A DNA stretch of 63,807 nt, filler included, from Folioceros fuciformis (GCA_049999805.1; 34 parts of 34 records of this genome joined end to end with filler, not necessarily neighbours in it); one strand, 5' to 3'; shown: positions 26,163 to 39,670, numbered from the whole stretch's first letter. Numbers and translations: made by a program. Notes: a model not told the origin generated them from the sequence alone.

Positions 26163-27599
26163 NNNNNNNNNNAGCCCGGGGGCGCTATCGGATGTTAGCC
26201 CCGGAGCACATTGAGGCTGCAAGCACTGGAGCGCAGCAAGGCTACGGTTATCGGAGCGAGATCAGGCCGCGGTCGCTACGAGTGCCGAAGCGAGGGGTGC
26301 AGTGAGCACCGACGCCGAGAGCGAAAGCACAAGCTCCGAACCGTCCCGACCGCAAGGCAGCAAGATGTCAATCGAAGGATTTAGGCCCGTCGAGTTGGCT
26401 TGTGGACAGCCGATTCAAAACGAGAGTGAGGGTAACAGAATCTACATTCCATTTCGACCGCTTTCCAACTAGCTTTTTGGTTGATTTGCATCGATTTTGA
26501 AACATGACGTCCTCAGAAAACGTCATGTTCAATATCAAAAAGTTAGATGGTACTAACTTCCCGTTCTGAAAAGAACAAGTGTATAATGTTCTAGTAGAGA
26601 AGAAGCAATAAAGAATCAAGCCGATAAAGTTGCTAGGATTGAAACCCGTTAGCATGACTCAGGATGAGTGGCAGGACCTAGATGAGCTTGCTAGGTCTAC
26701 CATCATGCTAACATTGTCGAAGTCGGTCTACTTTAATGTGAAAGACAAGACCACAAGCTACGAGCTATGGCAGACGTTGTGTGACCTGTAGGAGAAGCAA
26801 AGTGTGGCTTCTCAAGTGTATTGGTTGAAACAGCTGGTGGACTTGAAGATAAAGGAAGGGACGAGGATGTCCGATCATCTAAATGAGTTCAATACCATTT
26901 TCAGCCAGCTCTCATCTCAAGGTATCTCGTTCCTAGATTCCGTGAGAGCTATGTTTCTGTTGGTCATATTACCAGAGAGTTGGGACACCTTTCGTATAGC
27001 TCTGAGAAATTCCGCTCCTGCCAGTGGTCTTATCGTTGTAAATGTAGAAGGTAGCCTGTTAACANNNNNNNNNNNNNNNNNNNNNNNNNNNNNNNNNNNN
27101 NNNNNNNNTTAATTAATTAANNNNNNNNNNNNNNNNNNNNNNNNNNNNNNNNNNNNNNNNNNNNATTGCATTATACAAAGAGAAAGTAGAACAAGCGTTG
27201 CTTTAAGCGCAAGCTCGGGCATTGACAATAACATAATCATAAACAAAAAACTACTTCCCCCTACCTCAAAGGTTAGTATACAATCCAATTAGTGTTGGCT
27301 TTCTTGAAGCCTCTCGTTTGGAAATGATTGTCAAGCTTACAATACCAAGCTAGGGCAAATTGCTTAAGACCTAGATTTCCTTCAGCAACTTACACACCTC
27401 CCTCTTGCAGCCCAGTACCTCGTATCGCAATAATCATAAGATCAATCTTTGTGTCAGGGAACCATCAACTTTCAAATAATTGTCAGCCATCATCTTTCAA
27501 ATGACAATGCACAAGTAGAGGAAAAGTTAGATAAGAATCTCCACCAACATGTTGTTGGCTAACTTACTTAGTAAGCGACAAGGACTAGGCCTAACACCG

Positions 27600-28050
27600 C
27601 AGAAGTAGTGGGAATTATGAGCCAATTTCTAATTAACCCCCAACTACAACATCATGAAATAGTTAAGAGAATATTTAGGTCCTTAGTAGTTGAACTACCA
27701 ATAGAAGCAACAAGAAGAAGCCTAACTCATACGATTTGGTGATTCAAATTGATCTGGAGATGGTAATACCTATAAATTTGCCACAAGATAATTCTGTCTT
27801 TACGGGGAAGCTATTTCAAGAAGTAGTAAGTGTCAACCTGCTGTAGCACTATCCTCTACAAAAGCAAAGCGTATATATGGCAACATCCGTAGCAACAATG
27901 TAAGCTTGTCAAAAGAAATACGATTTAAGCGAAAATCGCAAACCCCATTTTCACGACAATCAGGGTTGTACTCACCTAGCAATTTTTTTTTTTTTTCATT
28001 CCATCCAAGGACTGAACACATTGAAGTTAAACAACATTTAGTCAAAGAGA
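27600..28050 (+). pseudogene. Highly decayed copia RT-end/RNase H relic; duplicate at offset +941
   Basis: VGIMSQFL.NP...H...VKRIFR, QPAVALSST, DNQG..HLA and FHPRTEHIEVK are recognisable across stops and frameshifts. Confidence 0.7.
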
Positions 28051-31000
28051 GGAAGAACTAGATCTTAACTCTAGAAGTTCGAAGACTTCTAAGCANNNNN
28101 NNNNNATTGCATTATACAAAGAGAAAGTAGAACAAGCGTTGCTTTAAGCGCAAGCTCGGGCATTGACAATAACATAATCATAAACAAAAAACTACTTCCC
28201 CCTACCTCAAAGGTTAGTATACAATCCAATTAGTGTTGGCTTTCTTGAAGCCTCTCGTTTGGAAATGATTGTCAAGCTTACAATACCAAGCTAGGGCAAA
28301 TTGCTTAAGACCTAGATTTCCTTCAGCAACTTACACACCTCCCTCTTGCAGCCCAGTACCTCGTATCGCAATAATCATAAGATCAATCTTTGTGTCAGGG
28401 AACCATCAACTTTCAAATAATTGTCAGCCATCATCTTTCAAATGACAATGCACAAGTAGAGGAAAAGTTAGATAAGAATCTCCACCAACATGTTGTTGGC
28501 TAACTTACTTAGTAAGCGACAAGGACTAGGCCTAACACCGCAGAAGTAGTGGGAATTATGAGCCAATTTCTAATTAACCCCCAACTACAACATCATGAAA
28601 TAGTTAAGAGAATATTTAGGTCCTTAGTAGTTGAACTACCAATAGAAGCAACAAGAAGAAGCCTAACTCATACGATTTGGTGATTCAAATTGATCTGGAG
28701 ATGGTAATACCTATAAATTTGCCACAAGATAATTCTGTCTTTACGGGGAAGCTATTTCAAGAAGTAGTAAGTGTCAACCTGCTGTAGCACTATCCTCTAC
28801 AAAAGCAAAGCGTATATATGGCAACATCCGTAGCAACAATGTAAGCTTGTCAAAAGAAATACGATTTAAGCGAAAATCGCAAACCCCATTTTCACGACAA
28901 TCAGGGTTGTACTCACCTAGCAATTTTTTTTTTTTTTCATTCCATCCAAGGACTGAACACATTGAAGTTAAACAACATTTAGTCAAAGAGAGGAAGAACT
29001 AGATCTTAACTCTAGAAGTTCGAAGACTTCTAAGCANNNNNNNNNNNNNNNNNNNNNNNNNNNNNNNNNNNNNNNNNNNNTTAATTAATTAANNNNNNNN
29101 NNNNNNNNNNNNNNNNNNNNNNNNNNNNNNNNNNNNCTGCAGGGTCCTAGGCCGGGGCTACCGTGCCGGGCCTGGCCTGACCTGCAGCCTCATGCACGGC
29201 GAGCCGCCAATTCCCCTGCGCTGCGCCAGCCAGATCCAGCCCCTCCGGGCCTGCAATTCCGCCAAGCTCCCGCTCCGTGTGCTGCTGGCGGGCTGTGCTG
29301 CGCCTGGCCTCCGCTGCTGCTCGTAGGCCGTCGGGCTGCTGGGCTGTAGAGCTGCTGCTGCTGGCTGTGCTGCTGCTTCCCCCGCCTGCACGACATAAAT
29401 GCAGCGTGGAAACGGCAGGCAGCGCGAGCCGCTCTATCTGCTTGCACCAGCCTTCCTGCGGGCGTTGGTGGCTTTGGTGGGCGAGAGAAGCCTGGAGTCA
29501 GGACAAAAGCCCCAGCCCGGGTTCACCGCCCGCGACCGGTCGCTCGGCGTCCGTATGCCGCGGCCAAGGGATAGTCCCGATGCTCGGACCTCGGGACCAC
29601 CGGCACCAGCCGGTGATCACGAGGTGCCTCACCGGGGCTCGCCGGTCGCCCGCTCCACCTCGGGTTAGTTTCTGTAGCTGGTGGTTGAGCTCAATCAGGA
29701 AGCCCACAGTAGGTATGTCACACAGACGACGGCCTCGTCTCTGCGACGACACTGATTCCCGTCTCGCCACTCGGGATCGGGATAGGGATCGCGCTCGGGC
29801 TTGGGCCCGGGCTGGGGCTGGGCTCGGTGGGATCGGGGAGTGCGGGATCGTACGGACGGGCGGATACGTTTCAGCTCATCCCCTCACGGTTCTGCTCGTT
29901 GCAGCTGGGGGAATCGGGTTTTTGTATTGTTTGTGCGCGGATCGAGATTCGAGAAGAGTGTGGGATTGGACCAAGGGAGGGAGCGGGACTGCGGGATTGC
30001 GGGCCTCTGGATGGCGTCGATGGGTGAGGCAGGGGGNNNNNNNNNNCTGCAGGGTCCTAGGCCGGGGCTACCGTGCCGGGCCTGGCCTGACCTGCAGCCT
30101 CATGCACGGCGAGCCGCCAATTCCCCTGCGCTGCGCCAGCCAGATCCAGCCCCTCCGGGCCTGCAATTCCGCCAAGCTCCCGCTCCGTGTGCTGCTGGCG
30201 GGCTGTGCTGCGCCTGGCCTCCGCTGCTGCTCGTAGGCCGTCGGGCTGCTGGGCTGTAGAGCTGCTGCTGCTGGCTGTGCTGCTGCTTCCCCCGCCTGCA
30301 CGACATAAATGCAGCGTGGAAACGGCAGGCAGCGCGAGCCGCTCTATCTGCTTGCACCAGCCTTCCTGCGGGCGTTGGTGGCTTTGGTGGGCGAGAGAAG
30401 CCTGGAGTCAGGACAAAAGCCCCAGCCCGGGTTCACCGCCCGCGACCGGTCGCTCGGCGTCCGTATGCCGCGGCCAAGGGATAGTCCCGATGCTCGGACC
30501 TCGGGACCACCGGCACCAGCCGGTGATCACGAGGTGCCTCACCGGGGCTCGCCGGTCGCCCGCTCCACCTCGGGTTAGTTTCTGTAGCTGGTGGTTGAGC
30601 TCAATCAGGAAGCCCACAGTAGGTATGTCACACAGACGACGGCCTCGTCTCTGCGACGACACTGATTCCCGTCTCGCCACTCGGGATCGGGATAGGGATC
30701 GCGCTCGGGCTTGGGCCCGGGCTGGGGCTGGGCTCGGTGGGATCGGGGAGTGCGGGATCGTACGGACGGGCGGATACGTTTCAGCTCATCCCCTCACGGT
30801 TCTGCTCGTTGCAGCTGGGGGAATCGGGTTTTTGTATTGTTTGTGCGCGGATCGAGATTCGAGAAGAGTGTGGGATTGGACCAAGGGAGGGAGCGGGACT
30901 GCGGGATTGCGGGCCTCTGGATGGCGTCGATGGGTGAGGCAGGGGGNNNNNNNNNNNNNNNNNNNNNNNNNNNNNNNNNNNNNNNNNNNNTTAATTAATT

Positions 31001-31062
31001 AANNNNNNNNNNNNNNNNNNNNNNNNNNNNNNNNNNNNNNNNNNNNAGTACCGACTATCTAC

Positions 31063-31168
31063 AAAAAAAAAAAAAAACGAAAGAGATGCTAGCCTATTAA
31101 GGCTACCAAGATTCAAACCTGCGATCTCCAGCCCCTTTATGATTGGACTAACCACTTCACCAATACAT
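31063..31168 (-). mobile_element. Possible tRNA-derived SINE or tRNA pseudogene; duplicate at offset +841
   Basis: Minus-strand A-box-like TGGTGAAGTGG (31162-31152) and B-box-like GGTTTGAATCT (31119-31109), 32 nt apart, followed by a T15 run. Confidence 0.35.
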
Positions 31169-31572
31169 TTTGGTTGTAAATAGATGGGTTTTGCCTATAC
31201 TAAAGTTTGTATGAACAGAAGTACAAAGGAATTAGACTTCACCCCTATATTCATAGCGAGTGAGAGTGATGAAATGGGTCTAGATTAGGGCACTATTCAT
31301 TAGGGCCTCGTAACTTTAAACATTATTATCTACCTAGGGTCTATTTAGGTAGTTAGTGGTTATATTAGTTATATTAGTTGTAACCGGTTACGATTGCAAC
31401 TACTTACGGTTGCAACAACTTATGGTTGCAACCGCCCAACCACCTAGCCGATTTCAAGGCTTGTACTTTACTTACTAATTGATTCCATTGTTTTCTTTCC
31501 TATCTGAGAGCTATTGATTCTCATCAGGAAGCACTTGACGAGATGTCAAGTCTGTCTCTGAATCATCACAAT

Positions 31573-31877
31573 CTAGTTAGAGATGGTCTCAAAAACCTCA
31601 CTGTTTAATTTTAAAGGGAAGGTCCACATGAAAAAAAAAAAAAAAAAAAAAAAAGTGAGGTAGTACTCTGCTCCCCCCAAGGATTTGACTGGTAACTTCC
31701 CAGCAATGTCTGCATGTATCAATTCCAGCACAATCTTGGCTCGATTTGCAGTTTTATTCTTAAAGGGAAGCTCCTTTTGCTTTGACAGTATGCATGAGGT
31801 ACATGCTGATAAGTGTTTGAAGCAAGAAGGTAGCTTCTCTCTGTAACAACTGGAGTTAGCCATCAAGTCAAGCTTAT
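31573..31877 (-). pseudogene. Copia GAG-pre-integrase/integrase fragment; duplicate at 32414-32718
   Basis: CTSCILSKQKELPF...RAKIVLELIHADIAG...SLGGAEYYLTF...MWTFPLK..SEVF. Confidence 0.85.
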
Positions 31878-32818
31878 NNNNNNNNNNAGTACCGACTATC
31901 TACAAAAAAAAAAAAAAACGAAAGAGATGCTAGCCTATTAAGGCTACCAAGATTCAAACCTGCGATCTCCAGCCCCTTTATGATTGGACTAACCACTTCA
32001 CCAATACATTTTGGTTGTAAATAGATGGGTTTTGCCTATACTAAAGTTTGTATGAACAGAAGTACAAAGGAATTAGACTTCACCCCTATATTCATAGCGA
32101 GTGAGAGTGATGAAATGGGTCTAGATTAGGGCACTATTCATTAGGGCCTCGTAACTTTAAACATTATTATCTACCTAGGGTCTATTTAGGTAGTTAGTGG
32201 TTATATTAGTTATATTAGTTGTAACCGGTTACGATTGCAACTACTTACGGTTGCAACAACTTATGGTTGCAACCGCCCAACCACCTAGCCGATTTCAAGG
32301 CTTGTACTTTACTTACTAATTGATTCCATTGTTTTCTTTCCTATCTGAGAGCTATTGATTCTCATCAGGAAGCACTTGACGAGATGTCAAGTCTGTCTCT
32401 GAATCATCACAATCTAGTTAGAGATGGTCTCAAAAACCTCACTGTTTAATTTTAAAGGGAAGGTCCACATGAAAAAAAAAAAAAAAAAAAAAAAAGTGAG
32501 GTAGTACTCTGCTCCCCCCAAGGATTTGACTGGTAACTTCCCAGCAATGTCTGCATGTATCAATTCCAGCACAATCTTGGCTCGATTTGCAGTTTTATTC
32601 TTAAAGGGAAGCTCCTTTTGCTTTGACAGTATGCATGAGGTACATGCTGATAAGTGTTTGAAGCAAGAAGGTAGCTTCTCTCTGTAACAACTGGAGTTAG
32701 CCATCAAGTCAAGCTTATNNNNNNNNNNNNNNNNNNNNNNNNNNNNNNNNNNNNNNNNNNNNTTAATTAATTAANNNNNNNNNNNNNNNNNNNNNNNNNN
32801 NNNNNNNNNNNNNNNNNN

Positions 32819-33371
32819 TAACTATATAGAATAAGAAGAAATTCTTCTAATAGAGCTTAGAACTAAAAAATATATACTAATAGTAATAAACTATAGATAC
32901 GTTATAAGAAAGCTAAAAGTACTTTAATAAGATATATAAATAATTAGAAAAAAGAGAATATAATAAATATAAAAGAAAGTAGAAATAGAGAATTAAGTTA
33001 GAAAGATAAGATATAAAAATTATAAAAGACTAGAATACTACCTTTATAGAATACCTAGAATAATATAATAAGAAGAAAGCGAAGATAGCCTAATAAACTA
33101 AAGAAGAAATACTATAATAGACTATATTATACGTAATTTAAAATAGATTTACTATTTCTATAATATATAAACTAACTTACTACGTAAAATATTCTTACTA
33201 TAATAATAACTATTAAAACCTAACTTATAATTCTCTTAATTATAAGTTTTACTACTATAATATATATAAGACCTACTACTAAGCTAAGTAGAATAGTAGT
33301 TACTTTCTAATATCTAAAGGAAGATATAAATAGTAATAGTATAACTATTATAATAATAAGTATAGATAGTA
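32819..33371. mobile_element. RIP-degraded fungal repeat, same family as 35512-35856; duplicate at 33382-33934
   Basis: RIP dinucleotide signature; 32819-33165 matches the reverse complement of 35512-35856. Confidence 0.75.
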
Positions 33372-34034
33372 NNNNNNNNNNTAACTATATAGAATAAGAA
33401 GAAATTCTTCTAATAGAGCTTAGAACTAAAAAATATATACTAATAGTAATAAACTATAGATACGTTATAAGAAAGCTAAAAGTACTTTAATAAGATATAT
33501 AAATAATTAGAAAAAAGAGAATATAATAAATATAAAAGAAAGTAGAAATAGAGAATTAAGTTAGAAAGATAAGATATAAAAATTATAAAAGACTAGAATA
33601 CTACCTTTATAGAATACCTAGAATAATATAATAAGAAGAAAGCGAAGATAGCCTAATAAACTAAAGAAGAAATACTATAATAGACTATATTATACGTAAT
33701 TTAAAATAGATTTACTATTTCTATAATATATAAACTAACTTACTACGTAAAATATTCTTACTATAATAATAACTATTAAAACCTAACTTATAATTCTCTT
33801 AATTATAAGTTTTACTACTATAATATATATAAGACCTACTACTAAGCTAAGTAGAATAGTAGTTACTTTCTAATATCTAAAGGAAGATATAAATAGTAAT
33901 AGTATAACTATTATAATAATAAGTATAGATAGTANNNNNNNNNNNNNNNNNNNNNNNNNNNNNNNNNNNNNNNNNNNNTTAATTAATTAANNNNNNNNNN
34001 NNNNNNNNNNNNNNNNNNNNNNNNNNNNNNNNNN

Positions 34035-34640
34035 GTGCAAGGCAACGAGGCGCCCTTGCCTCGTTGCCTCCCCGGTTTGCCCACAGGCACACCGTTATCC
34101 AACTTAAGTTGGATAACGATTCGGGTAAGGAGGGGCAACAAAACGGGGTGTCCCGTTTTGCGGAACGGCACACCCATTCAACGGAACGGCGTGCCCGTTC
34201 CGAACGGGTGCCACCCCGTCACTCTCCAACGGGTCTAATATGTTTTCTTTTCTTTGATAGTTTTTTTTCCTACAATATCTTACAAAAAAAAAAAAGGACG
34301 AGGAAGATGCTGAACATGAAACACGCCCATACCCCAAGAGGAATTAAAAGAAAGCAAGAGAGGGATAATTATTTTCTTTGAGGATCTTTTGTCGGCACTT
34401 GTGGAGGAGGGACCCTTCGTTTTTTCGTTCACCTGCCACACCAACAGCCCGTGATGAGGACTCAACTTGATGTCCTATGACCACAACTCACGGAGACGTG
34501 GTGAAAAAGCTTATACAACCCTTCAAATCGCTTTCGCTTGATGCTAGTGGCTACCTGTTTGTATTTTTTTATCATTCTGAATTTATCTTTTGTATTGAAG
34601 ACACGCTTCCGCATGTAGTCTTCCACCTTGGTATCAGAGC
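34035..34640 (+). mobile_element. 3' part of a 5' LTR plus tRNA-iMet primer-binding site; duplicate at offset +650
   Basis: CTTCCGC motif, then CA (34624-34625), a 3-nt spacer and TGGTATCAGAGC (34629-34640). The LTR start cannot be located. Confidence 0.65.
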
Positions 34641-35424
34641 ATTAGGCTCTAGATTCATCTCCATGGTTCTAGGCNNNNNNNNNNGTGCAAGGCAACGAGG
34701 CGCCCTTGCCTCGTTGCCTCCCCGGTTTGCCCACAGGCACACCGTTATCCAACTTAAGTTGGATAACGATTCGGGTAAGGAGGGGCAACAAAACGGGGTG
34801 TCCCGTTTTGCGGAACGGCACACCCATTCAACGGAACGGCGTGCCCGTTCCGAACGGGTGCCACCCCGTCACTCTCCAACGGGTCTAATATGTTTTCTTT
34901 TCTTTGATAGTTTTTTTTCCTACAATATCTTACAAAAAAAAAAAAGGACGAGGAAGATGCTGAACATGAAACACGCCCATACCCCAAGAGGAATTAAAAG
35001 AAAGCAAGAGAGGGATAATTATTTTCTTTGAGGATCTTTTGTCGGCACTTGTGGAGGAGGGACCCTTCGTTTTTTCGTTCACCTGCCACACCAACAGCCC
35101 GTGATGAGGACTCAACTTGATGTCCTATGACCACAACTCACGGAGACGTGGTGAAAAAGCTTATACAACCCTTCAAATCGCTTTCGCTTGATGCTAGTGG
35201 CTACCTGTTTGTATTTTTTTATCATTCTGAATTTATCTTTTGTATTGAAGACACGCTTCCGCATGTAGTCTTCCACCTTGGTATCAGAGCATTAGGCTCT
35301 AGATTCATCTCCATGGTTCTAGGCNNNNNNNNNNNNNNNNNNNNNNNNNNNNNNNNNNNNNNNNNNNNTTAATTAATTAANNNNNNNNNNNNNNNNNNNN
35401 NNNNNNNNNNNNNNNNNNNNNNNN

Positions 35425-36286
35425 ACTTAACCTAAGTACTACTATACTTAATACCCGTATTTATCGTATATTTTAAGTACTTTGTATACTCTTAAGTATA
35501 GCCTATAATACTATTATAGAAATAGTAAGTTTATTTTAAATTATATATAATATAGCTTATTATAGTATTTTTTCTTTAGTTTATTAGACTAACTTTACTT
35601 TCTTTTTATTATATTATTCTAGATACTTTATAAAGATAGTATTTTAGTTTTCTATAATTTTTATATCTTATTATTCTAACTTAATTTTTTATTTTTACTT
35701 TCTTTTATATTTATTATATTTTTTTTTCTAATTATTAGTATATCTTATTAAAGTACTTTTAGCTTTCTTATAATATATCTATAGTTTATTACTATTAGTA
35801 TATATTTTCTAGTTCTAAGCTCTATTAGAAGAATTTTCTCTTATTCTATATAGTTATAACTTTAGTTTCTAAATATAGTAGATTTTTATACTTATATTAT
35901 TTCTTAAGTTTATAAGTTCTATATACTCTATATACTAGTCTTTTACTTAAGTATATATTTCTATTATAGTTATAAGTTTTTTATTAGTTTTTTTTATTTT
36001 CTAGGTTAACTAGGCTTTTTTAAAGTAGACTTTTCTATTTCTTTTATTTAGCTATATTCTCTTATTAGTATTACTATATAAGATTTTAGTAGTTTATAGT
36101 ATCTTTAGAAGTATTCTACTTATTTATATCTAGTAGAATATTTTTTTTATTCTTCTTAGTATATTTTTTACTATTATTTTAAATTTTTATCTAGTTAACT
36201 TAATTACTAAGTATTTTTATATTATTATATAGTTCTTAAGTTATCTCTATAATAGAGTTTCTATTTAGTTCTAATATACTATCTAG
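35425..36286. mobile_element. RIP-degraded fungal repeat; duplicate at 36297-37158
   Basis: RIP signature; shares about 345 bp with 32819-33165 in inverted orientation. Confidence 0.75.
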
Positions 36287-37258
36287 NNNNNNNNNNACTT
36301 AACCTAAGTACTACTATACTTAATACCCGTATTTATCGTATATTTTAAGTACTTTGTATACTCTTAAGTATAGCCTATAATACTATTATAGAAATAGTAA
36401 GTTTATTTTAAATTATATATAATATAGCTTATTATAGTATTTTTTCTTTAGTTTATTAGACTAACTTTACTTTCTTTTTATTATATTATTCTAGATACTT
36501 TATAAAGATAGTATTTTAGTTTTCTATAATTTTTATATCTTATTATTCTAACTTAATTTTTTATTTTTACTTTCTTTTATATTTATTATATTTTTTTTTC
36601 TAATTATTAGTATATCTTATTAAAGTACTTTTAGCTTTCTTATAATATATCTATAGTTTATTACTATTAGTATATATTTTCTAGTTCTAAGCTCTATTAG
36701 AAGAATTTTCTCTTATTCTATATAGTTATAACTTTAGTTTCTAAATATAGTAGATTTTTATACTTATATTATTTCTTAAGTTTATAAGTTCTATATACTC
36801 TATATACTAGTCTTTTACTTAAGTATATATTTCTATTATAGTTATAAGTTTTTTATTAGTTTTTTTTATTTTCTAGGTTAACTAGGCTTTTTTAAAGTAG
36901 ACTTTTCTATTTCTTTTATTTAGCTATATTCTCTTATTAGTATTACTATATAAGATTTTAGTAGTTTATAGTATCTTTAGAAGTATTCTACTTATTTATA
37001 TCTAGTAGAATATTTTTTTTATTCTTCTTAGTATATTTTTTACTATTATTTTAAATTTTTATCTAGTTAACTTAATTACTAAGTATTTTTATATTATTAT
37101 ATAGTTCTTAAGTTATCTCTATAATAGAGTTTCTATTTAGTTCTAATATACTATCTAGNNNNNNNNNNNNNNNNNNNNNNNNNNNNNNNNNNNNNNNNNN
37201 NNTTAATTAATTAANNNNNNNNNNNNNNNNNNNNNNNNNNNNNNNNNNNNNNNNNNNN

Positions 37259-37473
37259 CGGATAGCGAGGCCTGTCCTACGCATGATCGGAGCTGGAGGG
37301 GAGCCCTCGAATCCATCATCGAGTTGATCAAGTCCGACCCTCCATCCACAGCAGCAAGGAACCCCATCGCTCCTTCGTGGGAACGAAACCCAATGTCTCC
37401 ACAACAGTGGGATAAGTGTGGCCACTAAAGGTGGAACCCGTCGGCAATCAGTGCCCGGGGTTTAGCCTCCACA
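37259..37473 (-). mobile_element. 5' end of an LTR-like dispersed repeat starting TGTGGAGGC; duplicate at offset +862
   Basis: 37339-37473 is near-identical to the reverse complement of 39536-39670, and similarity stops exactly at TG. Confidence 0.6.
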
Positions 37474-39535
37474 CTGGGGTTGGTGTGGTGATAGGAGCCG
37501 AAGACGGGACCGAGAATTCTGATCTATTCCTGTAGCACTTGGTATATGCTGATAGATAGGGTGAGATTAGGGGGATGTAGGTAACCTTGACATTAGTTCA
37601 CTCCCTTGGGAGCGAATCATAAGACTGCAACGATTATAAGGGGAAGTGTGGCCCCTTGGTGGTTCTTGGGTGTGCAAGAAATCACTCCTTACCAGGCGCG
37701 CAATTTGGTCGCAACAATGCCCTAGAGGAGCCACAGTTGCGCAACATTACGCCGCTGTCGGGGGTGACGTGTCTGCATTGTGTAATGGAGAGGGAACACC
37801 AGCTGATGACCTCGATGGCTAACATGGTGGGTATGTGGCTGCAGGATCTGGAAGACGCACGAGACAGGGCCTATTGTGCAGGCCTGGAGTGTGTGAACTA
37901 TTTGCCGGATGCATATCGGCTGCATGGGACGCTGACTGCAGCGTGCCTATACTGCAGGCGTAGGGGCATGCACCTACAGGACTGTCAATAGGATCGACTC
38001 CAGTCTACGTGCAAGTGTAGGAGAGGAGAGGAGAGAAGAGAGGGTGGTATTGGTGATCACAACCATGAAAACAATACACATCACCACTGTCTTACTATGG
38101 AGGTCCGAGGNNNNNNNNNNCGGATAGCGAGGCCTGTCCTACGCATGATCGGAGCTGGAGGGGAGCCCTCGAATCCATCATCGAGTTGATCAAGTCCGAC
38201 CCTCCATCCACAGCAGCAAGGAACCCCATCGCTCCTTCGTGGGAACGAAACCCAATGTCTCCACAACAGTGGGATAAGTGTGGCCACTAAAGGTGGAACC
38301 CGTCGGCAATCAGTGCCCGGGGTTTAGCCTCCACACTGGGGTTGGTGTGGTGATAGGAGCCGAAGACGGGACCGAGAATTCTGATCTATTCCTGTAGCAC
38401 TTGGTATATGCTGATAGATAGGGTGAGATTAGGGGGATGTAGGTAACCTTGACATTAGTTCACTCCCTTGGGAGCGAATCATAAGACTGCAACGATTATA
38501 AGGGGAAGTGTGGCCCCTTGGTGGTTCTTGGGTGTGCAAGAAATCACTCCTTACCAGGCGCGCAATTTGGTCGCAACAATGCCCTAGAGGAGCCACAGTT
38601 GCGCAACATTACGCCGCTGTCGGGGGTGACGTGTCTGCATTGTGTAATGGAGAGGGAACACCAGCTGATGACCTCGATGGCTAACATGGTGGGTATGTGG
38701 CTGCAGGATCTGGAAGACGCACGAGACAGGGCCTATTGTGCAGGCCTGGAGTGTGTGAACTATTTGCCGGATGCATATCGGCTGCATGGGACGCTGACTG
38801 CAGCGTGCCTATACTGCAGGCGTAGGGGCATGCACCTACAGGACTGTCAATAGGATCGACTCCAGTCTACGTGCAAGTGTAGGAGAGGAGAGGAGAGAAG
38901 AGAGGGTGGTATTGGTGATCACAACCATGAAAACAATACACATCACCACTGTCTTACTATGGAGGTCCGAGGNNNNNNNNNNNNNNNNNNNNNNNNNNNN
39001 NNNNNNNNNNNNNNNNTTAATTAATTAANNNNNNNNNNNNNNNNNNNNNNNNNNNNNNNNNNNNNNNNNNNNCTCGCCTCAACCTCCTCTTGTGCACACA
39101 TTCAGTCCCATCACCGGCGGTCCCTCCTCCTACCTGCAATGTGAATCAAAAGAAGCAGGACAAAAAGATGGACAGGGAAGGGGAAGAAGAAGAGGGGCAA
39201 GAGGAAAATGAAGGAGGAAGGGAGAAAGGGGAAGGGGGATGGGGGCGGTCGCAACCCCTGCCTCTAGCCCTAGCTAGGGCACGGCCTCCATGACCGTTCA
39301 GGCCAGCCAAGCAATCAGCCAGCCTGACCCCTGACACTGACATACCCCACATTCTTGTTCCTATGTTTAGACCATTATTTTATTTATTTAATATTATTCT
39401 AATTAGTATTAATCATTTAATATTATATATCTTTAATTAATATTAAACTAATCACTAGACCTAGACTCAAACTTTCCCAACCCTATGGCCCGGTACCGGA
39501 CCTAAACTTTCCCAGGTCTGTAACCAGGCCAAAAA

Positions 39536-39670
39536 TGTGGAGGCAAAACCCCGGGCACTGATTGCCGACGGATTCCACCTTTAGTGGCCACACTTATCCC
39601 ACTGTCGTTGAGACATTGGGTTTCGTTCCCACGAAGGAGCGATGGGGTTCCTTGCTGCTGTGGATGGAGG
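39536..39670 (+). mobile_element. Second copy of the same LTR-like 5' end; duplicate at 40144-40278
   Basis: AAAAA|TGTGGAGGC..., 135 bp with only a few mismatches to 37339-37473. Confidence 0.6.

Noticed and set aside
29277..30236. Long ORFs in GC-rich, microsatellite-rich fragments (also 14215-15792 and 40379-43684)
   Set aside because: Overlapping frames on both strands, repeat-derived peptides, some read through N gaps; no domain recognised.
34451..34480. Hammerhead-like or C-box-like GTGATGAGGAC...GTCC
   Set aside because: Lacks the CUGA C and the GAAA core, and has no well-placed D box with a terminal stem.
37944..37991. CLYCRRRGMHLQDC as a gag zinc knuckle
   Set aside because: Spacing is C-x2-C-x5-H-x3-C rather than C-x2-C-x4-H-x4-C, and there is no gag context.
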